Source of the DNA: a virus
Lineage: Duplodnaviria > Heunggongvirae > Uroviricota > Caudoviricetes
DNA: 9,264 nt
IMG/VR virus record: IMGVR_UViG_2548876863_000017
Reading direction: 5' to 3' (one strand)
Notes under the pieces: model-generated
What the model saw: only the letters and a program-made list of their open reading frames with translations
Database searches by the model: none
What the model was told of the DNA's origin: nothing
In this document: positions 1 to 7,640 of the stretch, in pieces
How positions within the stretch are numbered: position 1 is the first letter of the stretch
Layout: each line of letters begins with the position of its first letter
Made by a program: the position numbers and the translations under genes

Positions 1-2
1 GT

Positions 3-917
3 CATCGGGCATTATCTGAACATAAAACACTATCAATAAGTTGGAGTCATTACCGATTTAATATTAATAATTCCTCAGTTACTTATATTGATATTGACTC
101 CAATGATACAGACCATATTACTATTGGTATCGACAACCAAGAACCAATAGAATTACCTGCGAACTATAAAGACAAAGAACTCGTCCGTACTATCATTAAT
201 GACAACATAGTTGAGAAGACTCATGATATCAATAACAAGGAAATGATCTTCAGCGCATTAAAAGAAATATATGATGGAGATCCTGGTTTTATCTTCGATA
301 AGATATCACACAAACTCAGACATACGGTAACGGAATTTGATGAGAGCGGGAAAAGCGAACCAACGGACTTATTTACCTGGTACGGTAAAGATAAAAAAGG
401 CGACTCTCTCGCTATTGTAATTAAAAATAAAAACGGAAATGATTACTTATCTCTCGGTTACTACGATCAGGACGACTACCACATTCAAAGAGGAATTCGT
501 ATTAATGGTGATAGTCTCACCCAATATTGTAGTGAAAACGCCAGGAGTGCTTCAGCGTGGTTTGAAAGCAGTAAAGCTATCATGGCAGAATCATTTGCAA
601 CAGGTTCCGATCATCAGGTTATAAACGAGCTCAACGGGGAAAGACTGAGAGAACCTAACGAAGTTTTTAAACGTTTAGGTCGAGCAATAAGATATAATTT
701 TCAAGTGGACGATGCAAAATTTAGACGCGATAATGTAAAAGAAATAATTTCTAATTTATTCGCTAACAAAGTTGACGTTGACCATCCTGAAAATAAATAC
801 AAAGACTTTAAGGATCTCGAAGATAACGTTGAAAAAAGACTTCAAAATCGCCAGGCGAAATATCAAAATGAAATTAATCAACTATCTGCGCCAGGTGTTA
901 ATTTTGATGATATTTAA
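3..917 (+). CDS. yfdF: 3' portion of an AT-rich hypothetical protein gene whose 5' end lies left of the window; probable yfdF homolog by synteny
   Basis: Frame 3 is open from position 3 to the TAA at 915-917. Hand translation of 3-242 gives HRALSEHKTLSISWSHYRFNINNSSVTYIDIDSNDTDHITIGIDNQEPIELPANYKDKELVRTIINDNIVEKTHDINNKEMIF with no stop, so the 224-aa track ORF (243..917) is only the tail of a longer CDS. No domain recognised. The symbol is inferred from the K-12 gene order fadL-yfdF-mlaA-yfdC-argW as I remember it, not from recognising the protein. Confidence 0.55.
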   Translation, partial: HRALSEHKTLSISWSHYRFNINNSSVTYIDIDSNDTDHITIGIDNQEPIELPANYKDKELVRTIINDNIVEKTHDINNKEMIFSALKEIYDGDPGFIFDKISHKLRHTVTEFDESGKSEPTDLFTWYGKDKKGDSLAIVIKNKNGNDYLSLGYYDQDDYHIQRGIRINGDSLTQYCSENARSASAWFESSKAIMAESFATGSDHQVINELNGERLREPNEVFKRLGRAIRYNFQVDDAKFRRDNVKEIISNLFANKVDVDHPENKYKDFKDLEDNVEKRLQNRQAKYQNEINQLSAPGVNFDDI

Positions 918-1057
918 AATTATTTTTCCAGTTTTTTGATTTTTCAACGCCTGAATATCGGAAATAGTCAGTGACGAACATCAGTATTTTTACATCATTA
1001 CGTCCGGGTCATTGTCGGTTTATCTCCTTTTACTTGTGGTAATTGAGGGATAACAAC

Positions 1058-1090
1058 AAAAAAGGTGAGTTTTGCGACTCACCTTTTTTA
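1058..1090. terminator. Bidirectional rho-independent terminator between convergent yfdF-like and mlaA genes
   Basis: Seen in sequence: A-run (1058-1063), stem GGTGAGT (1064-1070), loop TTTGCG (1071-1076), stem ACTCACC (1077-1083), T-run TTTTTTA (1084-1090). This gives a perfect 7-bp GC-containing stem with A-tract on one side and U-tract on the other, located 9 nt beyond the mlaA stop (1099-1101 on the - strand) and about 140 nt beyond the yfdF-like stop. Confidence 0.65.
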
Positions 1091-1098
1091 TTTGTTTC

Positions 1099-1854
1099 TT
1101 ATTCAGAATCAATATCTTTTAAATCATCCTGAATCGCTTGTGCGTTCGGATTTTCCTGCGGTTTGAGTTCGCCGCCATTAGCGATGAAATCATGACGCTG
1201 GAAGTACGCTTCGCGCACCATAATATAAGGATCGGACGACTGACGCAGCAGACCATCGGAATCCAACAACTGCGCACGAGTTTCTATCCCTTCAAGCGTC
1301 CATTTACCCACAGACATCGGCCAGGTCAGCCAGGAAAGAACCGGGTAAAGACCATCCGCCATATCACCACCGTCATCACGCAGCGTGAAGCTACCGTAGA
1401 ACGGTAACTGAACGTAAGGCCCATAACCCACGCCATAATGACCAAGCGTACTACCGAAGCGGTGAGGTTCAGTCCGTTGCAGTTTCGGGTTCGCCATCCC
1501 TGCAACATCAATAAAACCGCCCATCCCCAAAATGGTGTTCAGGAAAAAGCGGGTAAAGTGGACCATCCCCTGATAAGGGTCGCCCTGCAAGAAGTAGTTA
1601 ACCATCACCGCAGGTTCTTCAAGGTTGCCAGTAAAGTTGCTCAAACCGTTACGCGCCGGTTGCGGAACATAATCACGCCAGGCGACAGCGACCGGTCGAA
1701 CAATATACGGGTCTAATACATTGAAGTTGAAGTTGTACATGGTGCGGTTGAACCCTTCTAACGGGTCAGAACGCCCTTGCTGATCTGTACCGGAACTCGC
1801 ACACCCCACCAGAAGCGTAGTTCCCAGAGCAAGCGCCGACAGGCGAAGCTTCAT
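1099..1854 (-). CDS. mlaA: MlaA (VacJ), outer-membrane lipoprotein of the Mla phospholipid-transport (lipid asymmetry) pathway
   Basis: 251-aa product with N-terminal lipoprotein signal (MKLRLSALALGTTLLVGC, lipobox LVGC); I recognise the translation as the MlaA/VacJ family. Length equals E. coli MlaA (251 aa). GGAG Shine-Dalgarno lies 7-8 nt upstream of the ATG. Convergent with the yfdF-like ORF and divergent from yfdC, as in E. coli K-12. Confidence 0.9.
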   Translation of the reverse strand: MKLRLSALALGTTLLVGCASSGTDQQGRSDPLEGFNRTMYNFNFNVLDPYIVRPVAVAWRDYVPQPARNGLSNFTGNLEEPAVMVNYFLQGDPYQGMVHFTRFFLNTILGMGGFIDVAGMANPKLQRTEPHRFGSTLGHYGVGYGPYVQLPFYGSFTLRDDGGDMADGLYPVLSWLTWPMSVGKWTLEGIETRAQLLDSDGLLRQSSDPYIMVREAYFQRHDFIANGGELKPQENPNAQAIQDDLKDIDSE

Positions 1855-2147
1855 AAATGTCTCCCTGTTTTTTTATGGCTTATGCAGTTTGCCATCCATG
1901 ACGGAACGATACCGTATCCGCCTGTTTAGGTGTGGGCGATTGTAACAGCACGTCAACTGATGTCCAGACGCCCTGATTTGCTGATTTGATCATAGCCTGG
2001 TAATCGCCGCCCTGTAGGCTACTTGATTCTATAGAAACAGAAAAAGGCAAACGCAGCCTTTTCTACATTTTCAGAGTAACTCCCGTCAGTTGCGAGCAAA
2101 AAAGCCGCTACGCTTTAGCTATACGTGCTAATTCAAGAGAAGAGACC

Positions 2148-3080
2148 ATGGACAACGACAAAATTGATCAACACAGCGACGAAATTGAAGTTGAGAGCGA
2201 AGAAAAAGAGCGCGGCAAAAAAATAGAAATAGATGAAGACCGACTCCCCTCCCGGGCGATGGCAATTCATGAGCATATCCGCCAGGATGGTGAAAAAGAG
2301 CTGGAACGCGACGCAGTGGCGCTACTGTGGTCAGCCATTGCGGCGGGTCTGTCGATGGGCGCTTCGTTACTGGCAAAAGGGATATTTCAAGTCGAACTGG
2401 AAGGTGTGCCGGGCAGCTTCTTGCTGGAGAATCTCGGTTATACCTTTGGTTTTATTATCGTCATTATGGCCCGCCAGCAATTATTTACCGAAAATACCGT
2501 GACTGCGGTACTACCCGTCATGCAAAAACCGACAATGAGCAACGTCGGCTTACTTATACGGTTATGGGGCGTCGTGCTGCTGGGTAATATTCTCGGGACA
2601 GGTATTGCGGCGTGGGCATTTGAATATATGCCTATCTTCAATGAAGAAACTCGCGATGCATTTGTCAAAATCGGCATGGATGTGATGAAGAACACCCCCA
2701 GCGAGATGTTTGCCAACGCGATCATTTCCGGCTGGCTGATCGCCACTATGGTTTGGATGTTTCCTGCAGCGGGTGCGGCAAAGATTGTGGTGATTATATT
2801 GATGACCTGGCTTATTGCCCTGGGTGACACCACCCATATCGTGGTCGGTTCTGTTGAAATCCTCTATCTGGTGTTTAACGGTACGCTGCACTGGAGCGAT
2901 TTCATCTGGCCCTTCGCACTACCTACTTTAGCGGGGAACATCTGCGGCGGCACCTTTATCTTCGCGTTAATGAGTCATGCACAGATTCGTAACGACATGA
3001 GCAATAAGCGTAAAGCAGAAGCACGCCAAAAAGCAGAACGTGCGGAAAACATTAAGAAAAATTATAAAAACCCGGCATAA
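2148..3080 (+). CDS. yfdC: YfdC, inner-membrane protein of the formate/nitrite transporter (FNT) family
   Basis: 310-aa product with an acidic, charged N-terminal extension followed by multiple hydrophobic helices, consistent with an FNT-type channel. Length and position (between mlaA and argW) match E. coli yfdC as I recall it. Confidence 0.8.
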   Translation: MDNDKIDQHSDEIEVESEEKERGKKIEIDEDRLPSRAMAIHEHIRQDGEKELERDAVALLWSAIAAGLSMGASLLAKGIFQVELEGVPGSFLLENLGYTFGFIIVIMARQQLFTENTVTAVLPVMQKPTMSNVGLLIRLWGVVLLGNILGTGIAAWAFEYMPIFNEETRDAFVKIGMDVMKNTPSEMFANAIISGWLIATMVWMFPAAGAAKIVVIILMTWLIALGDTTHIVVGSVEILYLVFNGTLHWSDFIWPFALPTLAGNICGGTFIFALMSHAQIRNDMSNKRKAEARQKAERAENIKKNYKNPA

Positions 3081-3138
3081 ATGGCGAGGGTTTAAGCAAT
3101 CGAGCGGCAGCGTACTTACCCCGCACTCCATTAGCGGG

Positions 3139-3144
3139 TATACT
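3139..3144 (+). promoter_or_regulatory. Candidate -10 element (TATACT) of the argW promoter
   Basis: TATACT hexamer sits 11 nt upstream of the first base of the mature tRNA, followed by a GC-rich discriminator (CATGCCGC). No convincing -35 found (CTTACC at 3115-3120 is a poor match). Sequence-only inference. Confidence 0.3.
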
Positions 3145-3155
3145 CATGCCGCATT

Positions 3156-3230
3156 GTCCTCTTAGTTAAATGGATATAACGAGCCCCTCCTAAGGGCTAA
3201 TTGCAGGTTCGATTCCTGCAGGGGACACCA
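3156..3230 (+). tRNA. argW: tRNA-Arg, anticodon CCU (argW); probable prophage attachment site
   Basis: I folded it by hand. Acceptor stem GUCCUCU pairs with AGGGGAC (one G-U). Anticodon stem AGCCC/GGGCU has loop CUCCUAA, giving anticodon CCU. T-arm is UGCAG-GUUCGAUUC-CUGCA with the GTTCGA motif. Discriminator A and encoded CCA at 3228-3230. Total 75 nt. A P4-type integrase gene follows immediately. Confidence 0.92.
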
Positions 3231-3325
3231 TTTATCAGTTCGCTCCCATCCGTACCAGTCCGCAAAATCCCCTGAATATCAAGCCTTCCGTAGATTCACG
3301 GTTCGTCATGGTTCGCGTCAGATCG

Positions 3326-3355
3326 TTGACAGCCGCACACCATGACGGGTAAAAA
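3326..3355 (+). promoter_or_regulatory. Candidate integrase promoter: consensus -35 TTGACA with a weak -10 (TAAAAA)
   Basis: Perfect TTGACA at 3326-3331. An 18-bp spacer leads to TAAAAA at 3350-3355 (4/6 match to TATAAT), 37 nt upstream of the int ATG. The -35 is flanked by an 8-bp inverted repeat: CGTCATGG at 3304-3311 and CCATGACG at 3340-3347. Sequence-only; unvalidated. Confidence 0.3.
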
Positions 3356-3391
3356 GTGGATAAAATAATTTTACCCACCGGATTTTTACCC

Positions 3392-4546
3392 ATGCTCACC
3401 GTTAAGCAGATTGAAGCAGCAAAGCCGAAAGAAAAACCATACCGCCTTCTCGATGGTAATGGCCTGTACCTTTATGTCCCTGTATCCGGGAAAAAGGTAT
3501 GGCAGCTTCGCTATAAGATTGACGGTAAGGAGAAAATCCTGACCGTCGGAAAATACCCGCTTATGACTTTGCAGGAGGCAAGGGATAAGGCATGGACCGC
3601 GAGGAAAGACATCTCGGTTGGCATCGATCCGGTAAAGGCGAAAAAGGCTTCGTCTAACAACAATTCCTTTAGTGCGATTTACAAGGAATGGTACGAGCAC
3701 AAGAAGCAAGTATGGTCAGTAGGGTATGCGACTGAACTTGCAAAAATGTTTGATGACGACATTTTACCTATCATCGGCGGCCTTGAAATTCAGGATATTG
3801 AGCCAATGCAACTGCTGGAAGTAATCCGCAGATTTGAAGATCGCGGTGCAATGGAACGAGCCAATAAAGCCCGCAGAAGATGCGGCGAGGTTTTCCGTTA
3901 CGCTATTGTCACCGGAAGGGCTAAATATAACCCGGCACCTGACCTTGCTGACGCCATGAAGGGATACCGCAAGAAAAACTTCCCGTTTCTTCCTGCAGAC
4001 CAGATCCCGGCATTTAACAAAGCACTGGCAACATTTTCAGGAAGTATCGTATCGCTCATTGCGACCAAAGTTTTACGCTACACAGCCCTAAGAACGAAAG
4101 AGCTTCGTTCCATGCTATGGAAGAACGTCGATTTTGAAAACAGGATTATCACCATCGACGCCAGTGTGATGAAGGGTCGCAAAATTCATGTGGCTCCTAT
4201 GTCAGACCAGGTGGTTGAACTTCTCACTACGCTAAGCTCTATCACCAAACCAGTATCAGAGTTTGTTTTTGCCGGGCGCAACGATAAGAAAAAGCCAATC
4301 TGCGAGAACGCGGTATTACTTGTGATCAAACAAATCGGCTATGAAGGTCTGGAAAGCGGTCACGGATTCAGGCATGAATTCAGCACGATTATGAACGAGC
4401 ACGAATGGCCTGCTGATGCTATTGAAGTGCAACTGGCACATGCCAACGGCGGATCTGTGCGCGGGATTTACAACCATGCTCAGTATCTCGATAAGCGCAG
4501 AGAAATGATGCAGTGGTGGGCTGATTGGCTAGATTGGAAAATATGA
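3392..4546 (+). CDS. intS: P4-type tyrosine integrase (site-specific recombinase), IntS-like
   Basis: N-terminus MLTVKQIEAAKPKEKPYRLLDGNGLYLYV... is the typical P4-family arm-binding domain. The C-terminal catalytic domain has an HxxR motif (HGFRHEF) and a candidate catalytic Tyr (GIYNHAQYLDK). It lies immediately 3' of a tRNA. The track ORF starts 12 codons earlier (ATG 3356), but ATG 3392 gives the canonical family N-terminus and a 384-aa product. The intS symbol is by analogy to the K-12 argW-adjacent integrase. Confidence 0.88.
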   Translation: MLTVKQIEAAKPKEKPYRLLDGNGLYLYVPVSGKKVWQLRYKIDGKEKILTVGKYPLMTLQEARDKAWTARKDISVGIDPVKAKKASSNNNSFSAIYKEWYEHKKQVWSVGYATELAKMFDDDILPIIGGLEIQDIEPMQLLEVIRRFEDRGAMERANKARRRCGEVFRYAIVTGRAKYNPAPDLADAMKGYRKKNFPFLPADQIPAFNKALATFSGSIVSLIATKVLRYTALRTKELRSMLWKNVDFENRIITIDASVMKGRKIHVAPMSDQVVELLTTLSSITKPVSEFVFAGRNDKKKPICENAVLLVIKQIGYEGLESGHGFRHEFSTIMNEHEWPADAIEVQLAHANGGSVRGIYNHAQYLDKRREMMQWWADWLDWKI

Positions 4547-4607
4547 TAACTATGATATTATCATTATTTACAACAATAAAGTTAACATACACTTTTGAGA
4601 CTTAGAT

Positions 4608-5699
4608 GTGATTAAAAAAAACCTAGAATCCATACAATTTCTTAGAGCGGTGGCAGTTTTGTTGGTGGTTCTATTCCACTACCGTTTTGATGCAGAATCT
4701 TTGATAGCAAACTCAAAGATAATTTTCTTCAATGGATCTATTGGGGTCGACCTTTTCTTTGTTATAAGTGGATTCATAATTTACTATGTTACCGACAACA
4801 ACAAAAAAGGCATTTTCGAGTCAGCATCGTTTATATTAAAGCGAGTAATTAGGGTTTTACCGCCTTATCTTTTAATATCATTTATTTTTGTTTATTTCGG
4901 TAATAAAGATTATATAAAGTTAATACAGTCAATCTCATTCATCCCATTATCTAATAAAGAACCTCCTTTTTATGGATACCCCTCTCTTGTTGTTGGATGG
5001 TCGCTTAACTATGAGATTTACTTCTACATCCTTGCGGCCATTGGGATAATGTTTTTTGGAAAGTGCAAATGGCTTGTTATATCAACATCAATAGTGTCAT
5101 TGATAATGGTGCTGGCATTAATAAACGGAAACATATCATTATCTACCAGTGTGGACTACAACATTAATAGTAGTTACCTTTCGATGGCAACAAATAGTAT
5201 TATTTTAGATTTCACTTTAGGTGTTGCGTGTGGATACTTAGCTAAGCGTGACAATAAGGTTAGCAATACAGCTGTAATAACACTATCTATAGTTTCTATT
5301 GCTATATTTATTATGTGTCTAATGGGTATTTTTAGGTCTGAGCATGGCCCTATGTTTTGGGGGTTGTCGTCATTCTTTTTGGTGCTATCATTTATTGAGC
5401 TAGAAAAGAGAAGCATTTTATATTTTCCTAAGATTCTTATAGTAATTGGCAACATGTCATTTTCAATATATTTAGTTCACATTCCGTGTCTTGTGCTATG
5501 TTATTATTTATTCAATAACATACATCCACTTTTCAACCTAGATAATAAACCTTTACTTATATTTCTATCATCATTAATAGCAACATGCATTTCTTCGTTT
5601 TTTTATTATCATTTAGTAGAGCGATATCTTTGTGAATATTTGAGAAAGTCCATTTTCTCAGCATTATTTATATTTAAAATTCATTCAAGATCTAATTGA
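4608..5699 (+). CDS. Acyltransferase-3 (AT3) family integral membrane protein; candidate phage-encoded O-antigen O-acetyltransferase (Oac/OafA-like) for lysogenic conversion
   Basis: 363-aa polytopic hydrophobic protein. The N-terminal helix carries the AT3 signature spacing of a conserved Arg and His ([14 protein letters not shown]: R13, 10 residues, H24). Position between int and tailspike is where Sf6 carries oac and P22 carries gtrABC (from memory). Start is GTG at 4608: an in-frame TGA sits at 4596-4598 and no in-frame ATG precedes the conserved motif. Only a weak SD (GAGA). Very AT-rich. Substrate and function are inferred. Confidence 0.78.
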   Translation: MIKKNLESIQFLRAVAVLLVVLFHYRFDAESLIANSKIIFFNGSIGVDLFFVISGFIIYYVTDNNKKGIFESASFILKRVIRVLPPYLLISFIFVYFGNKDYIKLIQSISFIPLSNKEPPFYGYPSLVVGWSLNYEIYFYILAAIGIMFFGKCKWLVISTSIVSLIMVLALINGNISLSTSVDYNINSSYLSMATNSIILDFTLGVACGYLAKRDNKVSNTAVITLSIVSIAIFIMCLMGIFRSEHGPMFWGLSSFFLVLSFIELEKRSILYFPKILIVIGNMSFSIYLVHIPCLVLCYYLFNNIHPLFNLDNKPLLIFLSSLIATCISSFFYYHLVERYLCEYLRKSIFSALFIFKIHSRSN

Positions 5700-7640
5700 T
5701 ATATACTTCTTAGCTGTCGACATCCATGGATAGGTTGTCGACGGAAGGTTTTTAAAATGAATTATTGTTTCTCCATTTGTTCCTATTGTCACATATGAGT
5801 TATCTGCACCAAAAGAAATTGTATTAAATCTTGTCATCCTTCCTTGGTACAAAACAGAATTAGAACCATCTGTTGATATTGCTCTAAATTCATATGTACA
5901 ATCACCGTCAAAATATATAGGAGTTATCGCAAATACCTCTTCTCCAGTGTAAGTCAGAGAGTCAATGCGATAGTTGCAGCAGTACTTAACATTATCATCA
6001 ATTGGGATTTCAGCAGTAGGATAAACAAATGGTAGCTGTGTTTTTAAGTTAATTAAGACTGAATTCTTGAATGTATCAGTATTAACAAGTTTTATATTTG
6101 GAAGAGATGTTCCATATTCTGAAACAGATATTTCAGCATTAACAAGGCCATACATGACAACCATGTCATGTATGTTAAACATCCATCCACCATCACCTAT
6201 CTTTAGAAGATGTGATTTAAAGTCGCCATCTGTTTTTCCCAATACTGTTTTAACATTCTCACAGTATATATTATTGAGATTTGTACTAAAGTTCTCACCA
6301 TTAATAGTGATCGCTCTATTCATTTGCTCGAAGGCGCTTCCAGAGAATGTTACATTCTGTGTATTATTTTGAGGGTAAGATGAATTGAATGGTTCAGAAA
6401 GTAAAACACCTAGATCCCTACCTGATATTTTACCTTTGAATGCAACGTTATTTGTTGCACGACCAAGGAATACAGGATACAAGCCTTTAACAGTATCATG
6501 GTCATCAATTATGCAGACATCATATTCAGGGTAAAATCCCTGAACTGAACTTATGGCGATTGCACACCTATAAAATGACACGTCTTTTATATAACACCCT
6601 AACGTAAAGCATCTAAGATTGAAGCAATTTGAAATACCAATGAATTGTATTCCTTCAAATGAAGAGTTTCTCACAATTGCATTGGCGATACAATCCTGAT
6701 CAGAAAGTCCTGATGTATTTGATGTGATCTGGCCTGATAAAAAATACCCTGTTTCAAAAAGAGGAGTAGTTGTAGTGTCAAGATCGGAAACAATTGTTGT
6801 CTGATCACCAACGAAAGCAGTATTAGAAGAAAATATAGTTTTCTGATTTAATGTATAAACGTAATTACCCAATCCTATTTTTCTTCGCTGACCATAGCTA
6901 CCTAACCCTGCGGCTATTGCTGCTTTCTGAAATGCAGGAGAAGAATCGAAATCCGTCTTTTGCTTCGCTGGATATGCGCCAAACCTATCAACATGCAAAG
7001 GAAGTGTCGTAACCCATTTGCTACCAAGCGAATCAATAAACCATGAACCACCATCTGTTTGACCTGGAATTCCAGTTTCACCAGTTCTTCGCATGATATT
7101 TGTTGCATGTGCAGTATTAAATGCGCCTACAGAATCAGCGTGATACTTTACAATAGTCATTGTTTTAATTGCAGATGGAAATGAAGAGGATAATGCAGTT
7201 TCAAAATCTGGAACATACATTGAAGATGCCAAATCATTCATATTGGCATTACCATAGCCAACCAAATAGGCACCATAACTGCCGGCAAGATCTTGCCTTA
7301 ATTGGTCAGGGTCATACTTCAACACATTAGGAAAATAGAACTGCTTCGCACCATATGCATCATAAACAGCCATAGAATGGCCTTGCACGGTAACGAATTT
7401 GGCAATCTGTCCGTTATATACCGGGTAACCAGCAGCGTTAATGATGATTGGTTGCGATACAGGAACATGAGAGCCGTCTTCGTTCTCCACATAAACCTGA
7501 ATCTGGTTTTCAGGATTTACCGGGTCAGTGTCAATTTTACCGATATAAATTTTGCCATTGGCAACCGCTTTAAAAGAACGAGCCATAGTGAAGAGTTGCG
7601 AAGGCATGCTTACCACAACATTTGCGGTGATATCTGACAT
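5685..7640 (-). CDS. Tailspike protein: P22-family N-terminal head-binding domain fused to an unrecognised, probably beta-helical, receptor-binding/depolymerase C-terminal domain
   Basis: From the ATG at 7640 (GGAG SD 7-8 nt upstream) the product begins [113 protein letters not shown]. From memory this matches the conserved N-terminal domain of P22 gp9 and the Sf6/HK620 tailspikes. The remaining roughly 540 residues do not resemble the P22 gp9 body as I remember it. The track ORF starts 16 codons upstream (ATG 7688), which I consider an over-extension. The 3' end overlaps the acyltransferase 3' end by 15 bp. Confidence 0.85.
   Translation of the reverse strand: MSDITANVVVSMPSQLFTMARSFKAVANGKIYIGKIDTDPVNPENQIQVYVENEDGSHVPVSQPIIINAAGYPVYNGQIAKFVTVQGHSMAVYDAYGAKQFYFPNVLKYDPDQLRQDLAGSYGAYLVGYGNANMNDLASSMYVPDFETALSSSFPSAIKTMTIVKYHADSVGAFNTAHATNIMRRTGETGIPGQTDGGSWFIDSLGSKWVTTLPLHVDRFGAYPAKQKTDFDSSPAFQKAAIAAGLGSYGQRRKIGLGNYVYTLNQKTIFSSNTAFVGDQTTIVSDLDTTTTPLFETGYFLSGQITSNTSGLSDQDCIANAIVRNSSFEGIQFIGISNCFNLRCFTLGCYIKDVSFYRCAIAISSVQGFYPEYDVCIIDDHDTVKGLYPVFLGRATNNVAFKGKISGRDLGVLLSEPFNSSYPQNNTQNVTFSGSAFEQMNRAITINGENFSTNLNNIYCENVKTVLGKTDGDFKSHLLKIGDGGWMFNIHDMVVMYGLVNAEISVSEYGTSLPNIKLVNTDTFKNSVLINLKTQLPFVYPTAEIPIDDNVKYCCNYRIDSLTYTGEEVFAITPIYFDGDCTYEFRAISTDGSNSVLYQGRMTRFNTISFGADNSYVTIGTNGETIIHFKNLPSTTYPWMSTAKKYISIRS
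5714..5753 (+). terminator. Possible weak intrinsic terminator for the acyltransferase transcript, embedded in the 3' coding end of the convergent tailspike gene
   Basis: CTGTCGAC (5714-5721) can pair with GTCGACGG (5737-5744) as an 8-bp stem with one G-U. The 15-nt loop contains the perfect palindrome ATCCATGGAT. A TTTTT run at 5749-5753 follows, but 4 nt after the stem. Starts 15 nt after the acyltransferase stop. Geometry is imperfect for a canonical terminator. Confidence 0.25.

Noticed and set aside
439-624. 61-aa ORF in an alternative frame inside the yfdF-like CDS
   Set aside because: Fully embedded in a longer open frame, no SD, no recognisable product; most likely a chance ORF.
1138-1716. 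Track ORFs 1138..1407 (+), 1326..1511 (-) and 1438..1716 (+) overlapping mlaA
   Set aside because: They overlap the well-supported mlaA CDS in other frames or antisense and have Arg-rich, low-complexity translations typical of spurious ORFs in GC-richer DNA.
2041-2063. A-tract / GGC-N7-GCC / T-tract hairpin in the mlaA-yfdC intergenic region
   Set aside because: It lies upstream of both divergent genes, so it cannot terminate either; the stem has only three GC pairs.
2128-2891. Track ORFs 2128..2376 (-), 2233..2502 (+), 2327..2587 (+), 2438..2833 (-) and 2562..2891 (-) overlapping yfdC
   Set aside because: All lie within the yfdC coding region in other frames or antisense; yfdC has a coherent membrane-protein translation and they do not.
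3356-3391. Upstream ATG giving a 396-aa integrase (MDKIILPTGFLPM...)
   Set aside because: P4-family integrases begin at the M-L-T-x-K-Q-I motif; ATG 3392 gives that N-terminus. The 12-codon extension overlaps the TTTTACCCA direct repeats and is probably untranslated leader.
3386-3709. 107-aa antisense ORF inside int
   Set aside because: Antisense to a confidently called integrase; no independent support.
5174-5455. 93-aa antisense ORF inside the acyltransferase gene
   Set aside because: Embedded antisense ORF in very AT-rich DNA, where stop-free stretches on the opposite strand occur by chance.
6067-7637. Track ORFs 6067..6372 (+), 6914..7108 (-) and 7302..7637 (+) inside the tailspike gene
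   Set aside because: Embedded in the 651-aa tailspike CDS in other frames or antisense; no motifs or start signals.
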